A DNA stretch of 64,000 bases from Callorhinchus milii. Its lineage: Eukaryota. Position numbers and translations under genes: made by a program. The stretch spans positions 18,414,001 to 18,478,000 of the forward strand of contig NW_024704746.1 of assembly GCF_018977255.1 (NCBI RefSeq), written 5' to 3'. Shown one piece after another: positions 25,758 through 38,234 of the stretch. The notes below the pieces were generated by a model. The model ran no database searches and was not told the DNA's origin. It saw only the letters and a list, made by a program, of their open reading frames with translations. The stretch's first letter is position 1. The number at the start of each line of letters is the position of its first letter.

Positions 25758-26329
25758 GTAGGTCCCTGGTTTATTTTTCTCTTTGATATACACTCACTCT
25801 GCATGAGAAACTAAATCTACCAATCCCAACTATAAGGTTGTAAATATTTGTTTGACATAACAACAGTTGAACTTTTGTTTATAAGCTTCACCCTAATAAT
25901 ATTATTGGTTCTTTGCATGGTGCTACATTGGTATTTTGTGTGCCAGTTGGATTCTGCTATGTTGTGCTCAGGGAAAGGAGGGGAATTTTTTTTTTAGAAA
26001 GCTTTAATCACACAAAGTTTTGAACATTTAAGAATCTCTGTAGAATTCTTGGATGTAAAAATAAAAAAAAAATTTGCTCTAATCATGCTTGACAGTGGAT
26101 CTAATTTTGGACACGTGCAAGATTTTATAGAACAATGCAATTAACACATCTAAAAGCTGTTCTACACTTTATGGTAATAATAATAAATCATGTGAAGCAC
26201 AAATAATTACTCTCTCACACAACCACCACCTTGTAAAGCAAAATGCTTCACAAATCACTTTCAAAAAGTAATGCTTTTTTTTCTCTTTAATTGCCAATTA
26301 ATTCCACAAACATATTTTTGCTGATTCAG

Positions 26330-26541
26330 GACATCAAAATCAAGAATGCAAATTCTTGGACAAGTTTGGGCAAAATGGTGACAACTACACAATCATCCAT
26401 AATAAAATCTTCTAGTGAGAGCTTTAAGTTGTTCAGAAGAGCAGCAATGGAAAAAGAGGAACGGGAAAAAGCTTTAAGAGCTCAGGAGGGAATCCGAACT
26501 GAGAGAGAACAAAAAAATATTCCTGTTCCAGAAAGGCAAAG
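26330..26541 (+). CDS. BRDT: BRDT coding exon 18
   Basis: ttcag|[15 protein letters not shown]...[30 protein letters not shown]..., a conserved BRD4/BRDT block. Confidence 0.94.
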
Positions 26542-27509
26542 GTAACAAATGTACCAAGCAGATTGGCTGAGCAAATGGATTAGAACAGACAAAGCAATCT
26601 TTCTGTGTTTCATGTTGGAATGCTGTAAATTTTTGCGCAATCCTATATTTGCAAAAGTGATGAATGCTGAATATCTGACTAAATGGGCATTTCAGCCAAA
26701 CTCAATCCTGTTATTGTCTAACAAGCGGATGTTTGAAGTGGGAGGTAACTAGGAGGGATAAGGGTGAGGTGGTTAAAGACGCATCTCTTTGATTGCACCT
26801 TCAGACAGATTTTGAAAGCAGAGAGGGAGAGATTTTGAAAGCGTTCCAGAGAGCAGAACAAAGTGACTAAAAGCTTACCTTTAAGTAAGCAGTGTGCAGG
26901 GCATTGGAAAAGTGAAGTCTGGAGGTGGCGAAGATGATGATGGAGAGAGGGTGAGGTATGGGAGAAGCTGGGCAATGTTGTGGAGTGAGGGGGAAGCAAT
27001 CATGGTCAGGACCAAGTGAAAGGTATCAAGGACAAGTCGGGGTTGAACAAAATATCGAGGTTATGCAAATCTTTTCTGCTAACTACTTAGAAAGTTAAAA
27101 CTGTGTACCTACAAATTGATTAGTCAGGATTTTGAATAACAGTTTTCTGGCTGACTGAACCTTATCTGTATTCTACCAGTATTGTTCTGGCAGATATCAG
27201 ATAATTAAGCCTGTAGAGGTCATAATTTTTACTAAATTGCAAATGTCCTTGTGTAACTGCCAATCAGCTTCTGTTTCAGAATGGAACTCAGTCGAAAATG
27301 GTTTATATAAAACCCTAATGGCTCCCAAATGATTGCCTTCTAATCTGTAACTTCTTTGATTCTATAATAAATTAAAATTGTTTTAGTGATTTCAACAAAC
27401 AGATGACTGCTTCCTGTAACTTAAATTACTGAATTAATTGTTCATTATATCATACAAAACATTAAAAAAAAAAGCTGAGTGAAGCAATATTTCTTCAATT
27501 GTATTGCAG

Positions 27510-27693
27510 AGATCATGACAAAGATGATATTCTGGAACTTTCTCAAAAAGCTCAAGATGAAGCGTACAATAAATGCAGTGAGCAAAAGAAGAAAGAGCAG
27601 CAGCATCAGCAACTTGAGGCACAGCAAGTCTTGTTGGATAAAGAGAGAGAGTTGGCCAGGAAAAGAGAGCAAGAGCGCCGGAGAAGAGAGGCA
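27510..27693 (+). CDS. BRDT: BRDT coding exon 19 (C-terminal motif, first part)
   Basis: tgcag|...LLDKERELARKREQERRRREA|gtaagt. Confidence 0.95.
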
Positions 27694-28589
27694 GTAAGTG
27701 ACCCAGGTTGTCTTTTTGACAAATGAATATAGTTCTATTTATTCCACAGCTATAGTTGAAATAAAATTGTCCATTTTTTTTTCTTTCTGCAATGAGCACT
27801 CATCTGAGATCATCATTAAACAGTACTGGTTCACTGAAATCACAAGGGTTGCTTTAGATAAATGAATTGCTTTACTTACCCTAAAATCTGTTCTATCAAT
27901 TATATAGTATGCATTAGTTTAAAACTGGTTTTATTAATTTGATGGAGCTGTCTATTTCTAAGAGGTTGAATTGATTTATTTGATTTTAAAAAAATTCCAA
28001 TGAAGTCTTTACTATTGCCTGTTAATTGTAATCAGCAGTCTTGATTAAAGGAATCTTACCTGGCATTTCTCTACTGATACAAGACAGAGCCTTCGCTACT
28101 TGTAAAGTAAATTAGGTTAAGAATCACAAAGCATTTAACTACGATTGAGTATATTAAACTATTGCTCAACAGCAAACTTAGCATATATGTGCATTGATAA
28201 TTGACTTCTATAACTTACAAAAATTGCTCCATCCCCATCTTCCCTTTATGAAGGGGAAAGAAAAGATCTGTTATAGCAAAGTCTATCAAAAAGTATTGTT
28301 TAAAAGTTAATTGGTTCTTATGAAACCTGATCTATAAATAGTGAATAACATATATGATAAGCATTGAGAACTCCATGAATTAAATTGTCCAAAATGCAGA
28401 AAATACCAATGTTCTGATTGCCTTATGTTTAGCTCCTGAGTTGGGATGTTTTCCAAGTGTTATAACTAACCTTGACAACCATACATATTTGTTGGATTTT
28501 CAATGAAGCACAAGTTAAATGTATTTTGTACACTTAACAGCAATTTGAGAGTTGTGTGTGTTTGAATATACTTCTCTCTCTTTTTATAG

Positions 28590-28658
28590 ATGGAAGGCAC
28601 CATTGACATGAATTTGCAGAGTGATATTATGGCAACATTTGAAGAAAACCTTTATTAA
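28590..28658 (+). CDS. BRDT: BRDT terminal coding exon (P-TEFb-interacting C-terminal motif)
   Basis: ttatag|MEGTIDMNLQSDIMATFEENLY, then TAA. Confidence 0.96.
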   Translation: MEGTIDMNLQSDIMATFEENLY

Positions 28659-28749
28659 TTATCTCAAACTGGTGCAGGTTTTGTGGTCATAGAAATATGT
28701 AACCTGTTTTCTGCTTGAAGTTTATCCAAATTCGACCTGAAAAGCTTTT

Positions 28750-28776
28750 ATGTGTGCTACTGTGTGTGTGTATGTA

Positions 28777-28824
<48 letters not shown>

Positions 28825-28831
28825 CACACAC
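28750..28831. repeat. Compound (TG)n(TA)n(CA)n microsatellite in the BRDT 3' UTR
   Basis: Directly visible dinucleotide runs. Confidence 0.9.
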
Positions 28832-30689
28832 AAGTGTGTCCATGATTTTGTCTGGTTTGTGGGCATTAGGTTACCTGTTGAAATTGTTCTCTGCTTACGG
28901 AGAAACTAGGAATGCCACTGGGGGAAAAAAAAGTGGATAAGTTATGGCGGCGAAACCTGATCTATAAATAGTGAATAACATATATGATAAGACAATCTAA
29001 TAACCAATGTCTATTATGCACAAATAACCATATGAATTGTTCAGAACTTATCAATTTTGCACACATTTACAGCATGCTGCACTTAAAGTGTTTGAAATCC
29101 AAATATAGTTAAACCAGATATAGTTACTTGCAGTAATCTGTGCCTTTGAATACTGGTGTTTGAAGACAATTGAATAAGCAAGAATATTCCAAATGAACTG
29201 AAAATCAGATTGTTCTCTGCATTTTTTTCTTCCACGATTTTCTAGTTCATAAGCACTCTGTTTTTTCTGTTGCAATCACTACCAAGTGTGCTGTAATAAG
29301 TAGATTTTCTTTGTAAAGGGTAAATGATGTCCTTTGTTTCCAGTAATTAGATTATGCATTTGCACAATTTGCACTTTGCTAGGCATATGGTTTTGTACCT
29401 ATGGCAAACATATTCATAATTGCTAGCAAATTAAACATTTGAAAAGGCAAATTGTTAATTTTGTTAGCTTGTGTTGCAATTCTATTGTTGAAGTTTCATC
29501 TTCAAAATACTGTTTCACTATTTATTGCTATTTCTATAGTAGAAAGACGAATGCTTGGCAATTTTTCTTTCTCTGTTTCCTATTTTCTTTCTTTATTGAA
29601 AATATATTCTTATTATCCTCAACCACAACATATTTTCATGAATGGCTGCTAATTTGTTGTCACTTATTGAGAGGAAGAAAGAAGAAGCTATGTGAAGTTT
29701 GTGCACAACAGTCACATCAATGCTTGTTATAAACCAGATGGTTGTGTACATAAATGTAGATGAAACACAAAACACTGTAATGGGACAGTGATGGCCTTAT
29801 ACCTGGTTATTGATTATATATATATAGACAAACTTTATTTTGTACTAAGAAATTGGTCATTAAATGTTTTACCTCCATCTTTCTTAGTGGCTGCCTGATT
29901 CCTGTTCTGGTTTTGCTTCAATTTATATAAATTGAAAAATCTTTATGTATTTCCATTTAGTAATTCAAATTAACTGACAATTGAATGTATTTCACTTGGG
30001 AACTGCCAACAGTTTTGTTCCTACCTTTAATTTCAATTACTCGTTAATGTGTTGCTGAGTATTTAAGAAATGCATTAAGTTTTGTACATTTCATATGTGT
30101 AGTAGTAGATTTTGTATTCTTTTGCAGAATATTATGAAACTGTGAAAAAAAATAGTCCTTAACATATTTATTGCTGCATTGTTTCAGTACAAAGTTAATA
30201 GTGTAACAAAATTCTCTTTTCCTTTGCAGTTTGCAATTAAAATATTTTGGTTTGCAAATTAAGGCTGAACATATTATTTGCATTAACTCTGTAACAACAA
30301 CCATAGTCTAAGTTCTGGTTTCTGAATGTATGAAGGTGAGTATATTGTTCTGTAAAGCTGCGCTTTTAACTTTCATATATGTTTCAGGTTTACATAGAAA
30401 AGATTGAAGCCGAAATCTGGCTGCATTTGTGCAGCTGTGTGAATGTGCTAAAATGGTGGGAGTGTGAGAAGGCTCCCATTCAAGGAAGGTGTTGGGATAA
30501 GAAAGAAAATGGGATAAGGATTTAATCTTCAGGCATTTCCTTGCTGGTCTGCAACAAGAAGTAATAGTAAATGTCAATGTGCAGCCCACCTCATCCTGTA
30601 CTCTGCCACACTGTTAGACCTCTTGAGAAAATTCAACGTATATACCCTAATAATCAAACTACTGGTCTACTGCCCTTCAGAGATGCCCT

Positions 30690-31994
30690 TACCCTCAGCC
30701 CCCCCCCCACCACCACCCCCATCAACAACAACAACTTGCATTGATATAGTGTCCCAGAGGAGGTGACCATAGACACGGTCACAGCGATCTGAAGAGTGTG
30801 ACATGAAGGGGGACCCGATCTGCTCGAAGAGTATTTGATCATCAGCGTTGTTTAACCACCGCACACACACAGACACACACCATCACCACCATCTCTCCCA
30901 CAGTTGGGGCTCTGACCTCCACCTCCGCTTCCACTGCCCAATCAAACATTGATGGCGCTTTGGGTTTTTTTTTTAAAAAAACACACACACACACACACAC
31001 ACGAGGAGTAAGTAACAACTCCCGGTAACAGCAGCTATTTTGCTTGGAATCTGTTCCCACTGAGAGAGTCAACACCAGACAAAAAAAACCCTCCTCACTC
31101 GTTCGTACCCCCCGGGGGTTGGGACACGAGTCTGTGGGAAAGATGGATGGAAGAGGGGCCGTGGACCGTGTCCGGTGGGGGGGCGGTGGGGGCTCTCGGC
31201 AATGGTGTCAGCAACACAGGGCTGTGCTCTGCAACGGCGGCGGAGTCTCCTGTGGCATAAATCAGCGCTCATCTTTTTTTTGTGTGCAAACCACACACTG
31301 TTTAACGTGATGGTTCCCGGCATTTCCGATGGGGAGGAGGGAGGGAGGGGGGGAGGGGGAGGGGGCGGCGGCGAATCAAATCCACAAACCGATGCGCTTC
31401 GAGTCGCGTCGAGTCGGCGTCAGAGCGCTCTCTCTCTCACTCTCTCTCTCTCTGACGCTGACGGCTGTTACTGGTTTCCATGACTCCAGTCGCAGGGGAT
31501 CGTCCGTCGGCGCACGGAGGGAAGTGGGGGGCGGAGAGCCCGAGCACCGCGCAGATCGCAGCCGCCGCGGTCTCTCCTCACGGTCGGTCCCGTCCCCCCC
31601 CCCCCCCGCGCCGACACGCGCGCGGCAGAGCTCTCGGACTATGGTGAGGCCGCCGGGAGACTTCCCGGTGCTCGCGGCTCGGCTGCTCGTGCAGGTCAGG
31701 CGCTTCCTGTTGTGGTGCGCGGTGTACGGCTGCTGCGGGCTGTGTGCCTGCGCGGTGCTGCTGAAGCTCGCGTGGCTCACCGTCAGGAAGCCCAGCGCCA
31801 CATTCCGCTGGAACATCCGCGAGCAGCTCCCCGCCTGCCTGAACCACACGGCCCTCGGCACTCACTGCTACGTGCGGATCAAGGTAGGGACCGGGAGGGC
31901 CCGGGTCGGTCTGGGCGGCTCAGAGCCTCACTCGGTGCGACACACTGCCATTGCAATAGGGATATTAACCCGTGTTTGGGTTTTTGTGTTATGC

Positions 31995-32031
<37 letters not shown>

Positions 32032-32500
32032 CTCCCCGGACGTGCAAGAGGGCCCTGGATGTGATTGTTGTTTTTTATTATTATTATTATTTATTATTAT
32101 TTATTATTATTGATGATGATGGAGCGTTGGAGCAACAGCACTGTTGTACACTGACAGCAAAACGGCGCACCCGCACTCGCACTGTGATTTCAGCAAAATC
32201 GCTTTGGCACTGCGTGGCTTTGGGAATTGGTGGGTACCGGTCCAGTCCAATCCAATCCAATCCACACCTCCCCCCCAACACCCCCCCCCCACACCCCCCC
32301 AAACCATCTCCCGCTGTGGACCTGATCTGCTGCCGGACGTGGACACAATAACCCAATTTTTTTAAAAAAATTAAATTTATATATATTTTTTTTACTCGAG
32401 TTTCCAAGACAATAAATAGCTCACGGTCGGTTGGGCAGAGGTTTGTTTATCGACAAGATGCTGAAACCCAGGACAGCTCCCACCCCCCACACCCCCTCCC
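30690..32500 (+). promoter_or_regulatory. EPHX4: CpG island covering the EPHX4 promoter and exon 1, with (CA)n, (CT)n, (AT)n and (TTA)n tracts
   Basis: High GC and CpG content, G-runs and GGGGCGG boxes at about 31330-31372. Confidence 0.8.
31641..31883 (+). CDS. EPHX4: Epoxide hydrolase 4 (ABHD7) exon 1, N-terminal membrane anchor
   Basis: MVRPP...LLWCAVYGCCGLCACAVLLKL...PACLNHTALGTHCYVRIK|gtaggg. LGTHCYVRIK matches recalled human EPHX4. Confidence 0.93.
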
Positions 32501-34819
32501 CCACACCCCCTCCCCCATGCATTTGGGATTCAGGAACAGGATTAAAATATATATATGTGTATATATATATACATATATATTCTCAGCCCTGTGTGTGTGT
32601 GTGTGTGTGTGTATTTATGTATTTATTTGTCTGACTGGAAACGTATTGGTATTCAGAAAGTGTAGACTTGATCACCAGCCACAGCCACAGTCCTCCCTCC
32701 CCCACTGCTGGTCACCTCTGTGACTGTGTCTTGACGAACACGCAAGTGGAATAATAATACTACTACTAATAATAATAATAATAAGCCTCAAACCAAGCAA
32801 ATCCGAGTTAGTATCAAAGCTATCTCATGCTGTTTTTTTTTTGGACCATTTAGTTTGACCCCCACCCACCCACCCCCCACCCACACCCCTGAAGACTTCC
32901 AAAAATAACAGAATTTCTCACTAGATTACTGGATTAACAGTAAAGATCTTAAAGGTTCTACATATAAATAGCATTCCCCCCCCCCCCAATATCAAGTGCT
33001 GACCTCCTAACAAACCCCGTTTATTAGCCTTTCTTTTGGAACCTCCAATATACAGTAGTTCACCTGCGTAACAGGTATTTATTTCGACAAGATCCTTTCG
33101 TTTGACCGAGCGAAAGGTATATTCAAACTTAACAGATATTTTTTTCTGCCTAAGGCAGATGACAGTAATATTGTAAACAATTCCCTCCACTGATACATTT
33201 TGAATTGCCCATTTCTCCAGGATTTGGGAAGGATGGGCTTTGCAGGTCAACAATGTGGGATAAATGCATTTTAGAATTGCCGCGCGTTAATTTATACTCA
33301 ATTAATGTTTTAATTGCATAGCAGTTTTATTTTCTGAGTTACGGCAAATGTGTAGATATTTCTAGTGATCAATTTTTCTCCTACGGTCTATTTGTTTTAC
33401 ATTAAATGGGTAGGATGGGTAGAGATGGATCAAAATAGATGACATTTCTAATAAACAATTGCAATATTTTTGCAATTAACCATCTTGGATTTCAAATTCA
33501 TTGGGATTTACTAATCCTAGTAATGCAAATGTGAAATTGGACCATAACTGTTTCAAATTTTAAGAAATGATTGCAATCATCCATTTTTTTCACTAATCTG
33601 ACTGAAATTAGATATTGTAAGAAGATTATAACCATTTAATATTTAATGCATCTAGGCTTTAACACGGTGTGTTGCAATACAGACTGTGATTCATTCTGTG
33701 AATCAAGATTGATTCAAACATAATTCTCCTGCTGCTAAAATGTGCTAGAATGTTCTTTATCCTGTAATGCCACACACAAGGAAAACTGAAGAAAGCTGGT
33801 AGAAATGTCAGTGATGGGTCCATGTTAATTTGTTTTGGTTGTCTTACCTTCACCAAATGAGTGTTTGGGGCTATATAGGTGCTACAGAACTGTCAGCTTC
33901 TCATAAAATGAATAAACATGGATGGCATGTTTGTACCTTAGAGTTCCTTTCCTTGGTGTCTGTCTTCCCTCTCCGCAGTACCTTTGCAACCCCCCCTCTT
34001 CCATCAATGTTATTGCTGAATTTTCCTTTTGGCCTAGCTATTCTCGTGATCAGAAGTGCTATAGAGGACACAACTACACTGGTATTGTCATGGTTAGTAA
34101 AGGGTATAGATTGATTTCATTCATGCTCTGATTATATGGATAGCCCACCCTCGAGATCGTTAGAATTCAGTGATGAGGCAAATCTAGTGGGTGGTTGGGT
34201 TGAAGCTGACATGGAAGCCAAGGGGGGAAGGAGATCTGGTGGAATCGCTCTGGGAGGAAGGTTGGAGATGGAGGCATTGGAGGATAGGATGAAGGCAAAG
34301 GACATTTCAGAAGTAGGAGTCTGGAAAAGGATAGCATTTTGGAAGGAAGGTTTGGAAGGAAGGAGAGATTGTGAACTGATCAGCATGGGGTGGGGTGGGG
34401 GGGGGCGGGTCAATGAATGATGGTCTCTGAGATATGCAGTGAGAAATAAACACAAAAGAGAAGACGTCTTAAGACAAAAATGAATGGAGGGAAATCATAG
34501 ATGGAGCGTAGGTAGGAAAATAATAGATTCCTGAAACAAGGCAGAATCCTTGAAACATGACTTGAACAGCAGAGAAAGGAAGATTTGATATGTGATCTGA
34601 TTACCTGGGGAGGTTTTAAAAAAAAGTCCTTCCCTTCAAGTTCACAGCATTTTAAAAATAACTGATAATGTTTAGACTTCTGAGTAAAGTATTCCCCTAA
34701 AACGTGAATATGCCAAGTATAGATTGCTTAAGATCATTGTTCTTATAATCAATTTCTCTGCTACTATACTATATGTGAACAATGCTTTAGACTGTACCAA
34801 TAACAGTAGCGCACAAGTT

Positions 34820-35052
34820 TAGAGTTACAAAGGCAGTTTCAGGACAGACAATGAGAATTATTTCTTTACCCAGAGAGTAATTACCAACTGGAACAGTTTG
34901 CCATCAAGGGTGGTTGAGGCCAGGACACCGGACTCGTTTTATATTAAAAAAATCTATGATGCTATGATGGGAAGACGATAGGATGGGTATTCTAGAAGGA
35001 TAAGATCAAAATGGTTCGAAGAATCTGCTTCATCCAAATCGATCTTGTGATA
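34820..35052 (+). mobile_element. CR1 LINE 3' fragment
   Basis: aaaggcagtttcaggacagac...tttctttacccagagagtaattaccaactggaacagtttgcc...ggtggttgaggc. Confidence 0.8.
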
Positions 35053-37427
35053 TGGAGGACAACAATAAAATCAGGACTGATTGGAGTCCCCTGATCTGTC
35101 CAGTTCCATTACAATAGGTAACGGTTATTTGAGCAATTAAGAGTGAAGGTTTTACAATGCATCAATACCTGCTTCTTGCAAATTAGTATATTTATTTTGT
35201 TTAATCTGTTTGCTAATATTTTTATAATTCATTTCAAAATTTTAATCGTAACATGTGGCTTTGTAATGCTAAATGAGATGAATCTGCAGATAGTCTATAA
35301 ATCGTTTTCTTTTACAAAGGAAAAAGGCTATTTAAACTGATTATGTAACATGATATTTTTTCAATGGGCACAAATTCTAATTTACAAAGGTGCTCAAAGT
35401 GTATAGTTTGACAGGATAACAAGGTTTTAATGCAAATGAGCTGTCATTTCATTAGTGATTAATGTTGAAGGCTGAACTATTACAAATGCATTGATGCTTT
35501 TGAAATAGCTTACCTTTGTTACGGCACATTTGTAAAAACATGTTTTCAGATGAGATACTTCAGCAAAGAAAATATATATTCTACACATAGATGTTAGTGG
35601 TAAGATCTGTTGCTGTTTTTTTTAAAAAAATGAGTGCTCCATGTCAAATAAGAATTAAATCAGTGTTAGACATAATAATCTCATTCAATTCATTTTCAAC
35701 TGATCTGCATTGTTAGTGCTGCAACCATGCATTGTTATTAAGTGCTAGAATGTAAGTGTACTCCTGCAGTTGCTCACAGGATAGGTTCCCTGTCAAGGCC
35801 AGACCATGGGGAGAGGTTTCAGGTGGAGGTTGGATGCTTCCCTACATAGAGAAAAGGGAAAACTGTGGGGTAAATAATTCCACTTGTCTCTTGCATATTT
35901 GCTGACATCTGGTTACAGCATTGACAGAGACTCGGGATAATTCTGACATCTCCTTGTACAACAAGATTCAACAACAAGATTACATTTGAATGGTGCATGT
36001 TAGATTGATGAAAGCAATTTTAAAATATAAGGCGAAACAGGAGTGACAGAGGAACACAGATTCAGATCATGCACCACTTTATAGGAGTGGGAAGAGAAAT
36101 CAGAAGAATCTTATGTGGCTGCTGGCATCTGCCTCCTCGTGGCTATCTGATGAACAACACTGGCCTGAAAGCAGGACACCGCATTGCCCTGTTGAGAATG
36201 AAACGGGGTTAAAAAGGAAGATGGTAAGGAGGGGGATTTCTAAAGAGGTCAAGAGAAATAAAAAAAATGTACATAATAAATGTGAGGTATGATCATGGTT
36301 TCATTCCTGCCCAGGCCCTATTGGTTATTGACTTCTGTGTCATTAATTAGATTTTGGACTTCACGCATCATTGACCTATATTGAACTGCTACCCTGGTAA
36401 TTTGCTAATGCTCATAATCTGTTGCTCATGCTTGAACTCGATGCCACTTCTCCGTTAGGGTACATCCGGACAGCATAGAAAAATGTTCTCAACCTCTTTT
36501 TGCCCACATTCCTTCATCAAATAAACATTAACTGAATCCATGATCTCTCACCAACCTTGTCACTCCTCCACACAAAATTAGATTCTACCCTGACACAAAC
36601 GTTGAAGAAGAAAGCAGTTGGATGTTTGCTTTTCTGAGTGCTCAGGTTATAATGACTAACCATGTGACACTAAAGACATTTGCGTCTTAGTGTTAAGTGG
36701 ATCATTTAGGTTGCTATATTCTAACTCTCCCAGTTCCTCTTTTTTAATTTTAGCACATTAAAGGGTGGAATAATGAATGATGGCTGTTTTTAACAGCAGT
36801 TGATATTACTGTTTGTACTTAATATTGGGTCATTGTTCGATAATTTATTCAATTCACAGTCAGATCACATTGATTAATATCAGAAGCATTTTGTTTTACA
36901 AATGTTAAAACTATTTTTATGCCTACAGATGTGAACCAAACCTGAAGGGGAACCATATTTTGCACACTCTAATCACAGATTTATGGATGTGAGCCTATGT
37001 ATTTCTGTGCATTCATAAATAATATAGTTTTAAAGCATCAATGACCATGTTAAAATTGAAAAATGAAATTATGCATTTAAAATGTCAACCGTTATTCGCA
37101 AATGCACAGGAACGTATTTGAAAGAGTACGAAATGGGAAAGGTGCTTAGCTGACAAAGTATTACTCTGCACGGAGCACACACTCATTGCTTTAGATCAGT
37201 AGGTTGGGGGCAGATCGTATTTTTCTTTCCTGGCATCATATGATGTCATTAGATGTTTAATTAATGCAAATGGTTTACAGTTTATTGACTATCCCCACTT
37301 GTGGACTCAATGGATACAAGATTTGTGAACACAGAAACAATGGGTGGAGTGGGGGAGGAAATCCCATCTGTTCTTTTAAAATGGTGTCATCTGGCATTTG
37401 TCCTTTTTTCCTCACTCTGTGTTTCAG

Positions 37428-37513
37428 GAGTCGGGATTAAGGATCCATTATGTCGCTGCTGGGGAGAGGGGCAAACCCCTTATGCTGCTATTGCATGGGT
37501 TCCCAGAGTTCTG
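37428..37513 (+). CDS. EPHX4: EPHX4 exon 2 (oxyanion HGFP motif)
   Basis: tttcag|[29 protein letters not shown]|gtaatc. Confidence 0.97.
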
Positions 37514-38076
37514 GTAATCGAATGATTTTATAATTTCCTGAATTAGTGACCGTCTCAGAGCCCATCTCCCTCTCTCCTTTACTGCATTGCATGTGTCACA
37601 CAAGGTTGATTGTGGAAATGACTTGATTGTAAAGTGTTGAATGCAATGTGTTACCTCAAAGCAATATTGAATTGGAGCGATTTACATTTTAAAAGAGGAA
37701 AAAATATAAAGATATTTACCATCACTTTCCATTTTAATATATAATGTATACATGACATCAGAGATAGATAATCAGATAGACACCCATATAACTTCTATGT
37801 CATAGCAGAAACTTATGTATGGTTGAAGAGTACAAACGTGAAACATGATATACAGTGTATTTACATATCGTGTGTGTGTGTGTGTATATGAATATTATAT
37901 AATACATGCAATATATTCCTGCAAATAGAAAAATATTCAGAGGTGAAATAAGTTCTGTGCTAGGTGGTAATGTTTTTTAATTAAAAACAGGATGAAAAAA
38001 TCATCGCTGCTGAATTTAAACATGTTTCTGCTCTCTCTGTCTAGTCTTCCTGTTACACTTGTGCTCTCTGATGCAG

Positions 38077-38234
38077 GTATTCCTGGCGTTACCAGCTCCA
38101 CGAGTTCAAGAGTGAATTCCGAGTTGTTGCAGTTGACTTGCGAGGCTATGGAGAATCAGACGCACCCACTGGTCAAGACAATTATAAACTGGATTGTTTG
38201 ATCACAGATGTAAAGGATATTGTGGAATCCCTAG
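38077..38234 (+). CDS. EPHX4: EPHX4 exon 3
   Basis: YSWRYQLHEFKSEFRVVAVDLRGYGESDAPTGQDNYKLDCLITDVKDIVESL G|gtaggt. Confidence 0.97.

Larger units (their letters stand above)
11052..28658 (+). other. BRDT: BET bromodomain gene, coding span; 20 coding exons, 3513 nt, about 1170 aa
   Basis: All exons join in phase with GT-AG introns. It has two bromodomains, ET, SEED and a C-terminal motif. The short N-terminus (IVNPPPPEY) and the position next to EPHX4 and BTBD8 indicate BRDT. Confidence 0.9.
28322..28991 (+). repeat. Exact 40-bp direct repeat pair (28322-28361 and 28952-28991)
   Basis: gaaacctgatctataaatagtgaataacatatatgataag occurs at both positions, 630 bp apart. Confidence 0.95.

Noticed and set aside
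11052-28658. Calling the BET gene BRD4
   Set aside because: The short N-terminus, the [14 protein letters not shown] and QSDIM motifs, and EPHX4/BTBD8 synteny favour BRDT. BRD4 neighbours EPHX3.
31329-32351. 340-aa ORF as a single protein
   Set aside because: Only 31641-31883 matches EPHX4. The rest reads through the donor into microsatellite-rich intron or GC-rich leader.
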